DNA of 64,000 nucleotides from Amphiscolops sp. MND2022 (lineage: Eukaryota): NCBI GenBank assembly GCA_964187785.1, contig OZ076415.1:5766001-5830000 (forward strand), given 5' to 3'. Both the position numbers and the translations under genes were made by a program. The notes beneath the pieces were generated by a model that made no database searches, was not told the origin of the DNA, and saw only the letters and a program-made list of their open reading frames with translations. Shown here in pieces: positions 36,985-50,319 of the stretch (positions are counted from its first letter, which is position 1; every line of letters starts with the position of its first letter).

Positions 36985-38076
36985 GTGGTAATTCAGGTAA
37001 ATAGACCCCGGGAGAGAATAACCAAGGGTGAGTTGACAACTCCTGGTAATCATAGATAGCCAAACATGTTCTGTTTGTTCCTGGGGGTTTCGTCCCACAA
37101 GTTATCATCAATTGAAAATTGTGAAGAAACACGGGGGCCTGGCTGGAACTGTACTTTTCATGGGCGAAGGTTTTGTACCACGTTACAACGAAGCTCCAAG
37201 TTGCATTGAACTCCAAAAACATTGGGTCAGAATTGAGGAATCCATTGATAATTGATAGATCGGTCGGCTGAGTTGATTCTCTTGTGAAGACATTGTTCGC
37301 TAAATTCACGTATTTTGTATCGGCTCCAAAAATTTTATGTGAAACTTCATCGTCTGATGTGAAGTCGATTGGAATGACGTTTTGTTTTTTATTCCATTCA
37401 ACAACCGCTTCCAAAGTTTCCTCATCAGTCCAGACGTTCATGTCCAGAAACTGGATTTGCCAGTTCCAAGGTCGAACTTGACGCTTCCAGTCCCATACTT
37501 CATGCGTCTGTTTCTCAGCAGGGCATGGATCTGCAAGATATTGGAAATTGAGACTTGTGACCCCATCTCTCATTGCATAAACACAAAGATAATCCATCAA
37601 GTTATCTTCAGCTGTAGTCACTTCTTCTTTTGTTTCGAAAACATGAATTCGCACAGAAGTTTCGTCTTCCACTGGATGTGAGCCATCTTTTAACCACTGT
37701 GACGTTAAGTCAAAACTTCTCAACTCAATTATCCCATTGAGACAAACGAAAAGCCAGTCGAAAGTAGTTCCGAACGCTGTCAATGGTTCATCCAAAATTT
37801 GAGGAAACGAACAGCTTCTTCCAGAATTCTCACCATACCAATCCATGTAATTGCTTCGTTGCTGGTAAGAAAATGTGTCGCCATGTTTTGGCCCGAATGG
37901 TAGCATGAATGGTTCGTTGTTTGTGTTTTCTTCACTGTCGAAAGGTGTCACAGAGAAGTTTGTGAAAACATCAGGAGACTCCGCCGACAGTTTGTATACC
38001 CATTTTCCAGTGGAACCAAAATTGCTGCCCGTCAGAAGATTTTCAGCTGACAACGAGGGTGCTGCGAAGCGAAACT
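36985..38076 (-). CDS. Host gene exon 3: end of NIDO-2 + most of NIDO-3
   Basis: Acceptor ttttgtttcAG|AG, donor CCA C|GTGAGT, length 1092 (3n), open frame. Motifs LLTGSNFGSTGKWVYKL, PFMLPFGPKHGD, FVCLNGII, TKYVNLANNVF, WSFVVTWYK, HNFQLMITCG. Confidence 0.85.
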
Positions 38077-39684
38077 CTGAAACAAAAAAAACGACATACT
38101 AAAGTCTGTTTTTACGTGTTAAATATCTGTTACTACATACGTCAACTTTTCGGAATGGAACAACATCAAGAACCATGGAAAAAATTTTTGAAAAAAAACA
38201 CAATCTTGGTTTCCACTGGTTCGCAATGCATTCGCACAATAGAAGTAATTTCTGTTCATTTAATGCTGTCAATGGAAACGAATGCTGGTTTTTTCTTTTA
38301 GTTTCCGGGCTGTCGCACTCAGCCTGTACAGCCGTTAGATAAATTAATCAGTCTAACCTACAATGTCTATGACCATGTGATTTGTATCAAAAGAGTATCT
38401 TCCGCCCCTAACTGATCTAGCAAAAACGTAATTTTGAGACCCAAGAATAGCAATTGAAATATAAAAATTCAAAGACGTTTGAAAGACTGAAAGTTTTGAC
38501 GCTTTCAAATTAATCTAATCCAATTTTGAAATGAAACACATTTAGGAACACTCTTGTTTTGTACCCCAGTGTACCCTATTGTTTTGTTCCAAAAACTTCA
38601 ACTCCAATGTCAAAAACAGTCTCAACTCCAGAAAAAATTAGTGAAAATGTCAACTCCCGAAATATAATGCTCGATACTATCACCCCGAAGCAAGCTACAG
38701 CACCAACGTAGTGCCAAAGCACAAATCGAAGAATCCGGCCATGACACTGAAACCAAAAATAAAGACAGCGTGATAAAATCAAAAGACAATTTACAGATGG
38801 TAAACTGGAAAGGATAAATTCCTGATTGAAAGGAGGCACAACTGAAATTAGAGTTCAGATGACAAGACTTGGGACCGGCGATGCAAAAATGAGTTCTGAA
38901 AGCTTCAGAGACGACTTTGGACGAGTATCATTGGTTGAAATTTTTCTTCGAGAAGTTCAGAGAAAACTTTGATGAAAATTCCACATTCCGCAAAGTCCGG
39001 GAAAACCAAGAAGTCAGCAGTCGCTTTTTCAATGAATCTTGCAAGTCAGAGTAAAGACACTTCTTGACCGAGGCTCTACCGAGATTACGTACCGGTTACG
39101 CCATGGCAAAACACGCCAAGACAAATCACGTGAGAAATAATTAATATAAAACTGATATTGTCATTTGACTCATTTGACTTTGTGATGCTTTGACGCACGA
39201 CCTCAAATATTTTGAGAATCGTGAAATTTGCTTAGACTCTTTGTCCGATAGTTTGACAGATGACATCTGATTTAAGAAGTTGACACCTCATGCTTTCATT
39301 AAAGTAATCGGCTTGTATCTACTTTGTAAACCCCCGATGATAGCTAATCTTAGTTGTTGTGACATCTCAATTTTGATGTAGTAATTGAGGTAATCGCCAT
39401 AACAATATAATCAAAGTAACTTGGGTTGTTCAATCAAATAGTTTCCCTCAATACATCACTTAACCAAAGGAAGACCTACCTAACAAGTACTCAACTAAAG
39501 GAAATATTGCTATCCGAAAATAGTTTCACTTAAAACAAGAAAGATTTCTCACGTATAGCTTCAAAAAAAGACGAACTACCATAACAGTTTGGGGCAGCAC
39601 AATTTGTGCAAACCACGAAAAAATTTTTCTCTTTCTCTTTTTCCCAAATGCACTCTCATTGTACTCGCTTTCTCGAGGTCGGTG

Positions 39685-42600
39685 GTAAGGAACTTGAATG
39701 GTTACTTTTATGGCAAAGTGTAAAATTAGTTGATATTGACGTTTAGATTTGTTATATGGGTCTACAGCATGTATTCAAAGAGAAGAAGACCTCTTTCAAC
39801 AATTGAAGCGTTTGTTTGTAATGCATCGCGGAAGCCGCTACTTTCAAGAACGAATTCTTGTGTTTTGATTTTCTCCAGTGTTTATCTTCGCATTCAATGA
39901 AATTAACAAGGTATCGAAATGGAATGAAGGGTCCAAAACAACTTGAGACATGTTTAATTTGGCGTTTGTACGCAAATAGTTCTTTTTTTTTAAGGAAAAA
40001 ACGAGGAAAAATCTTATTGTATTTAACGTTAATATTTGTCCACGAATATTTGTTAAACCATGCTTGTTTTACAAGAGTTCCAATTTTTAAAGCATAATGA
40101 CTTGATTTTTTGTTACATTTTAACAATTAAGAGGGCCTCAAATTGAGCATGGTATGCAGTTTTCGAGTAGAACTGTTTTCCAAAGTTTTGGAGAAAAGAA
40201 GACCCATCGTTTTCAAAAATTTGAGAGAAACGGTAATACATAATTGAATTACCTGCGAGCGAGCAATAAAAGAATGACGTACGTCTGAAGTGCCACGCTA
40301 AATATTTTTGAAATGTAAATGTTGAAGTTCTGGTTGAATTGGTACTCAAGAACTAAGGTGAGCAAGATTTTTTCAGGATGGTACGTATGATCGAAGCGAT
40401 CAAAAAGTTTCAAAGAATCGGAGAACGCAGCAAATGGAACAGAAACCGACGTTTGTTTTTTCAATTGAGGTGGAGGTGGTAGATTTTCTGATACTGGGAA
40501 TGTGGAAAAAGTAGGTGGAAGAGGATTACGTTGTTGAAAACCTTGAGTTTATAATTGGGGATGGTTTTGAAAACTAGGTTCACGTGATGCACAAAGCTCA
40601 TATGGCTTTGCAGGAAGTGTAATATGTGTATTGGGTGCAGCGTAGGTGTTAGGAAGATTGCGTAGGTGTGGTTGAGGGTTGTGGGCAGATGAAGTTGTTG
40701 GTGCGAATTTGAGAAGAAATGGATTGAGGTTGTGTGGTTATGATACGTGGTAAAGAGTTGTGAATTATTGGAATGGTTGTGAAGATTGTACAGAAGTGAA
40801 AGGAGTGGTAAACACTTGATGTGAATGGTACGTTGAGTAATATTTGAAGTTATAGGTGGAGGGTATTATAAAAGAACCTTTAACGTCTTGAAGACGGGGA
40901 TTGCCAACAGCATGTGTGGTTATCAAAACAATTTAGGTTATAGGTATAGAGTGTAGGCAGACAAAAGAGTTTGTCTTTTGATGGAGATTTGTGAGAGAGT
41001 GTTGCATAAGGTCTGGAAGGATGTGGAGGTACAACACGTTTGTTAAAACGCATCGGTTCAAAATATAGGTAATTAAATTGATCACCTGGAATGTGCAGAA
41101 CATCATGATAGGACGGGTGTTTTCTCATTGTTTGGAATAAAAAGTAGGAGGACACAACGAGTAAATTAAAAACGAGCGAATATCAGGCCAGCATTTTGTA
41201 CTTGTTAATCAAAATAAGTTGGTAGTTTTATCTGGAGATTTTTCTGAGTTTGAAAGAATTGATTTTGAAAAAAATGTGTTCGTAAGAAATCAGTTTGGAG
41301 CCAGTTATGAGTGGTTGCTCCAATAGTGCGAATTCGTTAAATATTAGGGTGTTCAAAAGGAGTTTCCACTTGAAGTAGTGCCTGTATAGCAGTGAAAATG
41401 TGGTTAGGTAAAGAATAGTCATTTCAAAAAGTTTGTTAGGAAAGGCGATAACATCTTTGCAATAGGAAAGTATGTTTTGGTAGGATAAATGTTTTTGCGT
41501 ATAGTGTCAGATGAATTACGAGTACTATTGAAAGGGGTACAAAAAGGAGGTTCATCGTGTTGTTCAAAAGGAAGAAGAGCGTCTGAGTAGTAGGTAATAC
41601 TTACAAGAATTTGCAGAGTGTTTGTTCAGCTTCTCTTGGAAGACCAAGGTGTCATCAAAGAAGAACGGGAGAAGGATTAAAAGAAGTATGGCGGTTGTCA
41701 TTATGAATGCCAGTGGGTATAGAATTAATGTCGCAGTAGTAACGGGAAAGAGAAAAGGTGTGATTTTTGAAAGAGGAAAAGATAAAGAGAAGCGATGTAG
41801 AGGTGGAAATGTGTTGTGGAAATAAGTTAGGTTGTCAGAAAAAATGCATGAAAACATTGGAGGGTTGAGATTTAAAAGGAAAAAACATGAATTGAAATTG
41901 TGACCAGTTACTGAAGTCTTTGGATCAATTTACGGTGGCGAGGTTTTGTCGAGCGTGAGAAAGATTTGATATGCGTTTTCAGTTCAAAAATGATGGAGGT
42001 ATGTTTCACAAAAGCTGTACGATAATTGAGGAGAGTTCTTACTATAAAACGTACACCTAATGAGTAAGGAGAAAAATTTCAAATAGTTTGAAGGGACTGC
42101 GGATTGGTGGAAAAATTTTGATTAAATTCAAGGTATTGTTTAAAATTGGAGACAAAGGAGTGAAATGGAAGATACAAGAGAAACTATGGGTTGAATAGAA
42201 TGGGAACTAAGGATATTCAAAAAAAAAACAAAAAAACAACTACTTTTTCTATGGCAAGCATCAACAAACTAGCATTGAAATAAAGTGATGAACAAAAAGA
42301 AAGATTTTGACAACATTTTCAGAGGAAACATTGGAGAAAATGGAAATCTTTCTTACGAAAAAAATGAAGCATGAGCTTGTTTACATCTAGGGCAACAATT
42401 GCAAGAAGACCAAAACGGTTTAAAAAGATGATAAAAATACAAATAGTCCGCTAGAGAAGGCATTGACGCACAATTGAAAATTTGTCATGAAATGAGGAAT
42501 TGTTAAGTTTGTACCGACGAAAAAGTTGGCTCGAAATCGCTTTGGTTACTACAAAGGAAGGGTGTACTCAACGACATGTACTGAAACAGGGTCCAACTAA

Positions 42601-43105
42601 GTTTTTGTTCATGGTTAGTACAGAAGAGGGAAAGGTTTTACCGACTATGAGGTCGAATCACTTCGAAGATGCAGAACTTGAAACTGATCGAATTCATCGA
42701 ACCGCTTGGGGTTAGTACAGAAGGTATAGCGGAGGGATCGGCAAGAAAAAGACATATTGGTAGCATTATTTAAAGTACCTGTTTCTGTTGTTAATCTAAG
42801 TTATGGTCAATGCTATACTCAATTTCACATTAGGATGGTTGGTGTTACGAAGAAGTACCATGAAGAGACGCTAACAGATCAGTAGTACATTTTCTAGATA
42901 GACACAAGGGCAATTTAGTGGCAAGATTTATTTTTAGTTTCGAGGTGGATATAAAAATCAAAAGAACTTCAACTTTATGGGATGAATAAGTGTGATAAAT
43001 ACTGTTCCCAAAAGTGAGTGGTTGTCTAGACGACTGTAATGGTGGTGGGATGGTTGAGTTGAAAACAGTCTGTTATCGGGTAGGTATACCAAAACCGTTT
43101 CAATT
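39685..43105 (-). pseudogene. gag: Inverted segment of element B: leader, ORF0 and gag up to the zinc knuckle
   Basis: Minus-strand LKLFDRFDHTYHPEK, YALKIGTLVKQAW, FAYKRQIKHVS..GPFIPF and CHKSNH match gag of A. Base composition flips (G/T-rich on plus) between these limits. Confidence 0.8.
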
Positions 43106-45699
43106 TTTAAATATTACCCCAAACTCACACCTAAAACAAAATTACACATCGACTTCCCGTACATCAGAAGACCTATTTACGAACTCTCAACTGTCTGTAT
43201 ATCATTTATTATAAAGAATTCGCAATTGTTTACAATTTAAACTCTTTTACTCGACAAGGCCCATCTGCCAGATTAATCTGGTGCAAAACTCTCTATTAAA
43301 ACTCAAAATTTCGATTATATTCCTCACTCTATCTTTATTGATTTCCATTATATCCACGGCTGTCTTCATTTTCAAACCAACAAATTGTTTCCAATTGTTT
43401 CTCACAATATCTCTCCTACGTCGAATTTTAATGAGAATGCCTCTAATTTTAATTACCGAATTTAAAATGGACACGAAAGGAGCAATTTCATCATCTCAAA
43501 GTATTTCACATTACTTTGTAGTTATTGATGGCTTCAGTCACTGAACATTACAACAAAGCCTGCTCCACAAACTGTGTCCAATTACGCCATTACCAAACAG
43601 ATCGTGCTACTGAACTTATCAATCAAGACATCACCCATCGATGCGCTCTTTTGAACAAAAACCATACCTAACTCCATACTACCCATGGTCAAACAGTCCA
43701 GTTGAATATCAAAAAGGCAATCTTTGAACACAACTACGTTTGTTTTTACAAAATCCCCCTACTAGAGTGTCATTTTAAATACAAATGTATCATTGTACAG
43801 ATAAAACTACTTCTCTCACTCAATAAATATTTTCGCCATATCAAATAGTTTTTTACACCCACCCAAGCATACCATTAACATTTCGTTTAAACATTCAAAG
43901 TAAACCTCTGACAGACTGAGTAGCAACATATGGTGATTCACTTCCTCATCGTACAGTATGAAGTAATCAAGATATCAATCCCTCTTTCCTTTCTTATTAA
44001 TAAACCAATCTTCTATGCAATGTTTGAAATATATTCCACTATTCACCAACACCTAACTAATAAAATCTTTGTAAAATTCTCAAACTTCTTTCAGATGTCA
44101 CCTATGAGCTTATGACACATGATGGCTCTACATTGCACACCAACAGTTTTCATGTTTTACTGTGTTATCCTAAAAAAACTCCTCATTTTTCTATACATTT
44201 GCCAAATATTATTGACTCAGATCTTGAACATCACCAAGAAAGCCTTTCTGAATCTCCTAATCGAACCTCCTCCATTAAAACTGTTCCTCAAAATCAAAAC
44301 CTTTTGTAACTCTCCACCAAAACACCAGAATTTTTTTGGTTCCGAAATTACAAAAGACGCTCTCGATACAAATTTTGACTTAGAATCAGAAACGTTCCAA
44401 AATCTAGAAAATCTCGAGTTTTTCTAAGCCACCAACTATCAACCTGTTGCCGACACCCCACGGTTCAAGTATGAACCTACAAACAAAATTCAAATCCTCA
44501 CTAACCAAACAATCATACACATCTTCCCAAAAACTCTTACAAGGAAAACAAACCTCGTATTAGCTTCCCTCGTTAGGTAATAATTGACGCACTAATTGTA
44601 TTGAACTGAAAAACGCGATTTGACATCGTTTTGGTCTAAAAAAAATATATTCCCATGTCTAGACTTTTTAGTCGCCAATCGAATTATTTGCCTTCTTCCT
44701 ACCATCTGAAGATCATTTGGCACTAGACTTTTAGTTGTCCAGTCAGCCGATCAACTGTTTTTGATAATATCAGATCTGACAACTTTTGTGATGAGTGAGT
44801 ATCAAACAATCAATGAACATAAAATGAATGGTATAGGTTTTCATCCTCGATTCTCAAACCAAAACATCGTCTAGCCCAACGGATGCGACCTCATCTGTGA
44901 CACCTTTAGTTTCAACTGAAACTTCAAACTATTCTTCAAATTCGTCTTTAATTTTAAATCGTCTTATTTTTCACCCTATGCCTGTTACCACTATCTTAAA
45001 AACAAATCCTATTAAGAACATGAAACACACTCTTATAAAAACTTCTAACAAACGCTCTCGAACTAACGCTCTAACTGTTCCTCTTTTTGAAACTGAATTC
45101 AATATAACACCTTTAGTATAACACTTTGTCAAACTACTACTCCTCCTACTCTTTCCCCATCCCTGATTCTAGTGATATTGATCCCACACTCTCAAGAAAT
45201 AATAAAAACACTAGTCCTTGTAAATCTATATTTGATTCTTACTTTCATCGGCACTCATCGTAGACATTCTCAACTTGAGACCCTCTGTGATTCCCTTGTA
45301 ATCCTAGCCAGTTTTCCCTCTTCTGATAGCCGTCTTTTCAACATTTCTTTTGATACTGACTATCGCTCAACTCCCGCAGCTCCTGACAGAATTGATGACC
45401 CTTTGATCATCAAGGATATTCTTGTAACTCATCCCCGCGAAGGTCCTAAATTCTTTTATCTAGACTCTAATAAAGTTAACTCAAACACTACTATCTCTGA
45501 CTAACGTCGTCTTATGGCATTCAATAGATTAGAAACTCAACTCACATTATCCAACTCAATTTCGAGATCACTGTTGCTTTTCATAAATAAGGCCCACATT
45601 CAATGTTCTACCCGTGTCACAGTCATATTCGAATCTCTGCCCCATGCTTTTATAGTACGAATTCAAAGTTTTTCGTTATCGAAATTCCTCCTAAAAGTC

Positions 45700-47127
45700 T
45701 GTTACACGGTTCGATAACCTATTCTAAGTCACTAACGTGATTGAAATATACTCCTCAATTACAACACCTCCTGATCCATTATTTTTCAAAAGACATTAAG
45801 TCAATATTTTTTTCTATTTTTTTGTTTTTCCTCACTCGCCTTTTTTCATTCACCTCATATGGTGACTTGACACTGACCTTGTTGAAACTAATGATCCACT
45901 ACGTTCTGATCTTTCATCATCACGATTGTTCGATTGATCTAGACGAAATCGTTAATTGAATTCAACTAGAACAAAACCTTGCGCTCAATCCTCTCCGTCA
46001 GAAAACACTCGTCTTCTTGCTGACCTTTCCATCCGCGCAAAAGCCAGGCGCCTGAAAGCATGAACTTATGAAGCATATGTGGAACGTATTGTATGTGCAC
46101 AATGTGATACAAATAGCGAAGTCATGATCGTAACGATTTTCATCAGAACACCATCATCATCAGGAACGCGCTCCAGTTTAAGACCCTACGGATAGTAAAC
46201 CTGCTATCCGACACCTTAATGGTTAAAGACAATCACCAACTGAACTGTTTTGATTATAGTAGTTCATTCGTCATCTTGATACACTCCTGTACCAGGCCGA
46301 GGTCCAAATTTATTTTATTGGCTTGAAATGAACACATCTTTTGTCAAAATATTTCCTACTCACCTCCTGAAGCTCCCTAACATGACTTCAAAATCTCTAA
46401 CTCATCTTTCAAGTTTTCAAATCTTTCATGAGAACAAAATGTTTTGCAACACACCCACGATATGTAGATCAACTCAATTCAAACCAAATACCTTTTCAAA
46501 ACAACGCTCATCATTTTATCTTACTTCCTAAATCTTTTTAAAAAGATCCTCTTCAATTTTTCCAGCAAAGCAATATCAAACCGCTACTAGATCATATACA
46601 TTTACTGCTAAAAGGAACAGGCCTCTATTCATTTGAAGAGTTCAAACGTTTTTGGAAATGTGCTCTCATTGCCTAACGAAAAAGACATTGCAACTCATTG
46701 GAAAAGCAATTAGTTTTGAATTCATGAAATAAAAATCGTCTGAATTTCATCATGGTAATATGTTGACCCTATCTCTTTTCGTCACTTCTGAATGGCTCGC
46801 TGATGCTTTTATTAGCCTTTTTGGATATCTATGTTATATTTTAACACAACGTGGAAACTACTTTTCCACTTCACTTTTCGTTCAATTTCTATTCAAAACA
46901 ATCAGTTTTTATCAATTTCAATGCCAAAAAAATTCTTCAAAAAAACATATTCCCTTCCCTTCTCCCTTTGGGAATCGATTTTTTGGACTTACAAGAGAAG
47001 CGAAAGTCAATCAAACAGCTACGATTCAGAACATAGTTCGAATTCCTCAAAATCTCCAACAACCAATTCCGAAGGAACAAAACACGCAAAGAGCTTTAAA
47101 ACCAAATTACTAAAACTGAAAAACTAA
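45700..47127 (+). pseudogene. env: env-like glycoprotein remnant of element B
   Basis: HHDC, KARRLKA, TFTAKGTGLYSFEEFKRFW...LQLIGKAIS, and a TM segment homologous to the env of A. Confidence 0.7.
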
Positions 47128-47213
47128 AAATCTATGCCAAATTCCCCTTTACCTTCACTCCATGTACTCCTCCCAATAAAAGTCCTCCGCCGCATCCACC
47201 TCTAACTACCAAC

Positions 47214-48891
47214 AGTCAACAACAGAAGATATTTCATTTCCTTCCCCTGAAAATATAGTCATCAAAATAGTCACCGCAATAAGCTTTCTCCTAGTAGCTC
47301 TCTCTGTCTCAAGCACTCTTTTCTGTATGTGATTTTCATTTCAAACCTGGGATCAAAGCCTAGGATCGTCCAAATGCAAGTAGTTCTGTTTTGTTAACGA
47401 TGCGAAACTAGAATGTTACTTTTTAACTTGAATTCACAACCATTTAAGCCTAGTACCAGTTATTACCCTATCGTCTATATTGTGCAGGAATGCTTGTTCT
47501 CCTTCTCTATTGAGTCATTGCCCACTTTCTTTTGCAGGAACGCTCAATAGAATAGGTAGGATTCTCTTCTCTGTCTCAAGCACTCTTTTCTGTATGTGAC
47601 TTTCATTTCAAACCTGGGATCAAAGCCTAGGATCTTCCAAATGCAAATAGTTCGCCGATCAAATCTTGGCGACCAAAACTGTTTGCTGTCTCAACACCGT
47701 AGGCTGCGGCGGTAACATTTGGTCCGCCGATCCAGATAGACTAAGAAAGAAGCTCTAGGATTAGACAACAACCCGAAGAATTGGTTATGACTACATCAGT
47801 TCTCAAGACGTCGGATGCACACGAGACTGATATACAGCGACTGATACGTCAACGGATAGGACACGTGGCAAATATTTGCAAGTGCAATACAACCATCAAG
47901 GCTTGTGCAACATAGCCGTTTCAGACTTCACAGAGGAGAATTTGCAGACTTTGGAGCCCATGCGCGACAAAGTGAACGACAAACTTGCCGTGGTAAAAGC
48001 CAAAACAAAAAAAAACAAACAAGTTTATCGATGAAGAAGAACTTGGCGACGAAATTTTAAAGGCATTCTCACACATCGACGAATTCAATGTTAGCAAGTA
48101 AACAGCAGACGCAATGATTTAAAAAATGGAAGCCGTCAGTACGCGTGAAACACATGATTCCACTATGTCAATCAACAGCTTATCAACTAAGTCAAAGGAT
48201 GACAGGATACTTCCGCGGAGCGAACTGCCAACGTTTTCAGGTAAATATTCGGAGTGGAGTGTATTAGCTGAACTCTTCGTTGCTGCAGTACACGACAAGT
48301 CAAGCCTCAGTGACTGCCAGAAGATGCAATAATCAAAACCTCATTTCGTGACGAAGCCTCAATTTTATTTCAGCGTTACCGTTCACCAATGCCAATTTTA
48401 AAGCAGCATGGGGCATCCTTGTGATGCGTTATGACAACAAGAGAGCAATAATAAGGTCCCAACTCCATGCAATCTCCACAGCGGAAAAGCTAAAGCCTGA
48501 CTGCGACGCCAGAATGTCCGCAGACTGATCACAACGGTGCAAGAAAACTACATGGCTCTCGAATCCAACTCAATTGACATGAAAGCATGGGACTCAATCT
48601 TGATACACCTCCTTGTCGAAAAGCTTGACGGCAAGACGGGAAATTACTGGGAGCTGGAAACGCCGGTAACCAGCTTGCAAGAGTACAAGGAGCTGATGGA
48701 AGTTTTGGCAAACACTGCGGGAGCACATGAAGCTTGATCAAGGCATATCAATCACAAAGCTGCAAACACAAACAAGAATTCTCAACCTCAATCGCGCGGG
48801 ACAACTCCGTCGCCAGATTGCCAGTACCAAGAATCTTTGTTTCAAATGCCTACAAGAGGCTGTCTCAACCCCCTAGGCTGCGGCGGGAACA
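47214..48891 (+). mobile_element. Internally deleted BEL/Pao LTR element nested in B
   Basis: TSD CCAAC (47209-47213, 48892-48896); 5' LTR 47214-47717 ending GGCGGTAACA followed by TTTGGTCC PBS; gag LPRSELPTFSGKYSEW (DUF1759-type) and NLCFKCL; last ~33 bp match the LTR end. Confidence 0.85.
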
Positions 48892-50319
48892 CCAACCTTC
48901 CATCTCTATACTAGACTCCTACCATTTTTAAAATTCCGCATCCTTCAAGATTGCAATGATGATCATTATGCTGCTTCTGCATCAAACCAACTTTAACAAC
49001 TCCCTTTTGGCAAGGTCGAACGCTTCGGTTTCTCCCACTTTAATTCGTATACTTAAAACCAACTCAACACTGCGCCATTACTGTCCCAATTGATTTGATA
49101 CATCTTTATCCGTAAGGAAAATGCACTATCCAACGTATAAACTCTTCCTAGAACAAACGCACCCCAGCAATTTGATTTTTCAGCTCCACAAAATCACCTA
49201 GCCTTTCTCCTATCACGCACACTATTAGGTAACCTACCTCCATACTATTGAAACGTCAATTCATTCATTCTTCCTACTCGAATCTCTACTCATGTTAATA
49301 ACATTTTTGCAAAGGTTAAAAAAATAGAGGATACCCTCTTGATGACCACCCTCGCTCTCTCTGTACCTCTTTAAAACCTCATCACTACTCTATCGCCCAC
49401 TAAAATTCACCAATGCAAAATTTTCCTTTTTCATACTTGAAAACAATACAAGTGTTCTGCTAAAACCAAGTACTGTAAAAACTATTAACGCCCTGCCCGA
49501 ATTACAATCCAATAACTTTAACTTATTTGAAGCTTCTCAACTCCCATTTCGAATCCCTCTACTCTTGTACAAAGTCCTGGTTCGTTATCATTCGTCCTCC
49601 AAACAGTAAAAGCTAACGTCTGTGATAGCGCCTTCTCCTATCCTGCTGATAAATCTGTTACAAAAGTCATTTCGCTACTGTGACCTAATATTGGAATTGA
49701 CCACCCTAACACTGATCCGTTTCCAACTTTGACTCACATTTTCGAGTTAACTCCTCAAAGTTTTTTTCAACTCCATTCAAAACGAAATGCAAATACACAT
49801 CATTTCAACTCTGCAGCACATAAAAGGTCTTCCCGAGAAACCTTTCTTTTCGCTGAAATACATCACAATACCTCCAATAAATCAATCTCTTCTCACAATT
49901 TGGAGGCTTTCTCAACCAAAATATGATTTTTTTTCAAGTAAAACTCCTCCTAACATCTCAATTTAATGTCTTTTCTAGAATGAATTTGAAAATAAAATTC
50001 AAGACAATTCTATTCTTTAAATTTCTATACTCTTTAAAATACTGTACAAAAATCTCATCTTTCGAAATTCAAAAACTAATTCGAAGAACCTTCAATTGCC
50101 CCCAGGTGGAGCTGGTTCTGTAAGACAACGTATTTTCCAATCTGTATTGTATAAGCAAAAACTTGCCAATTGTATTGATGGTTTAAGCAATAATGAAAAC
50201 AAAAAACGTTTGGATTCTCTCTCTCCAAACAGAGAAATCAACGATCTATCAAACATTCCTCAACTTTAATTGAACAAATCAACAAAAGTGAATGGTAACT
50301 CACTCTCAAATGGTCTCAA

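Noticed and set aside
38560-39300. Degenerate coding-like stretch with STP-like repeats
   Set aside because: No continuous frame or motif; cannot be assigned.
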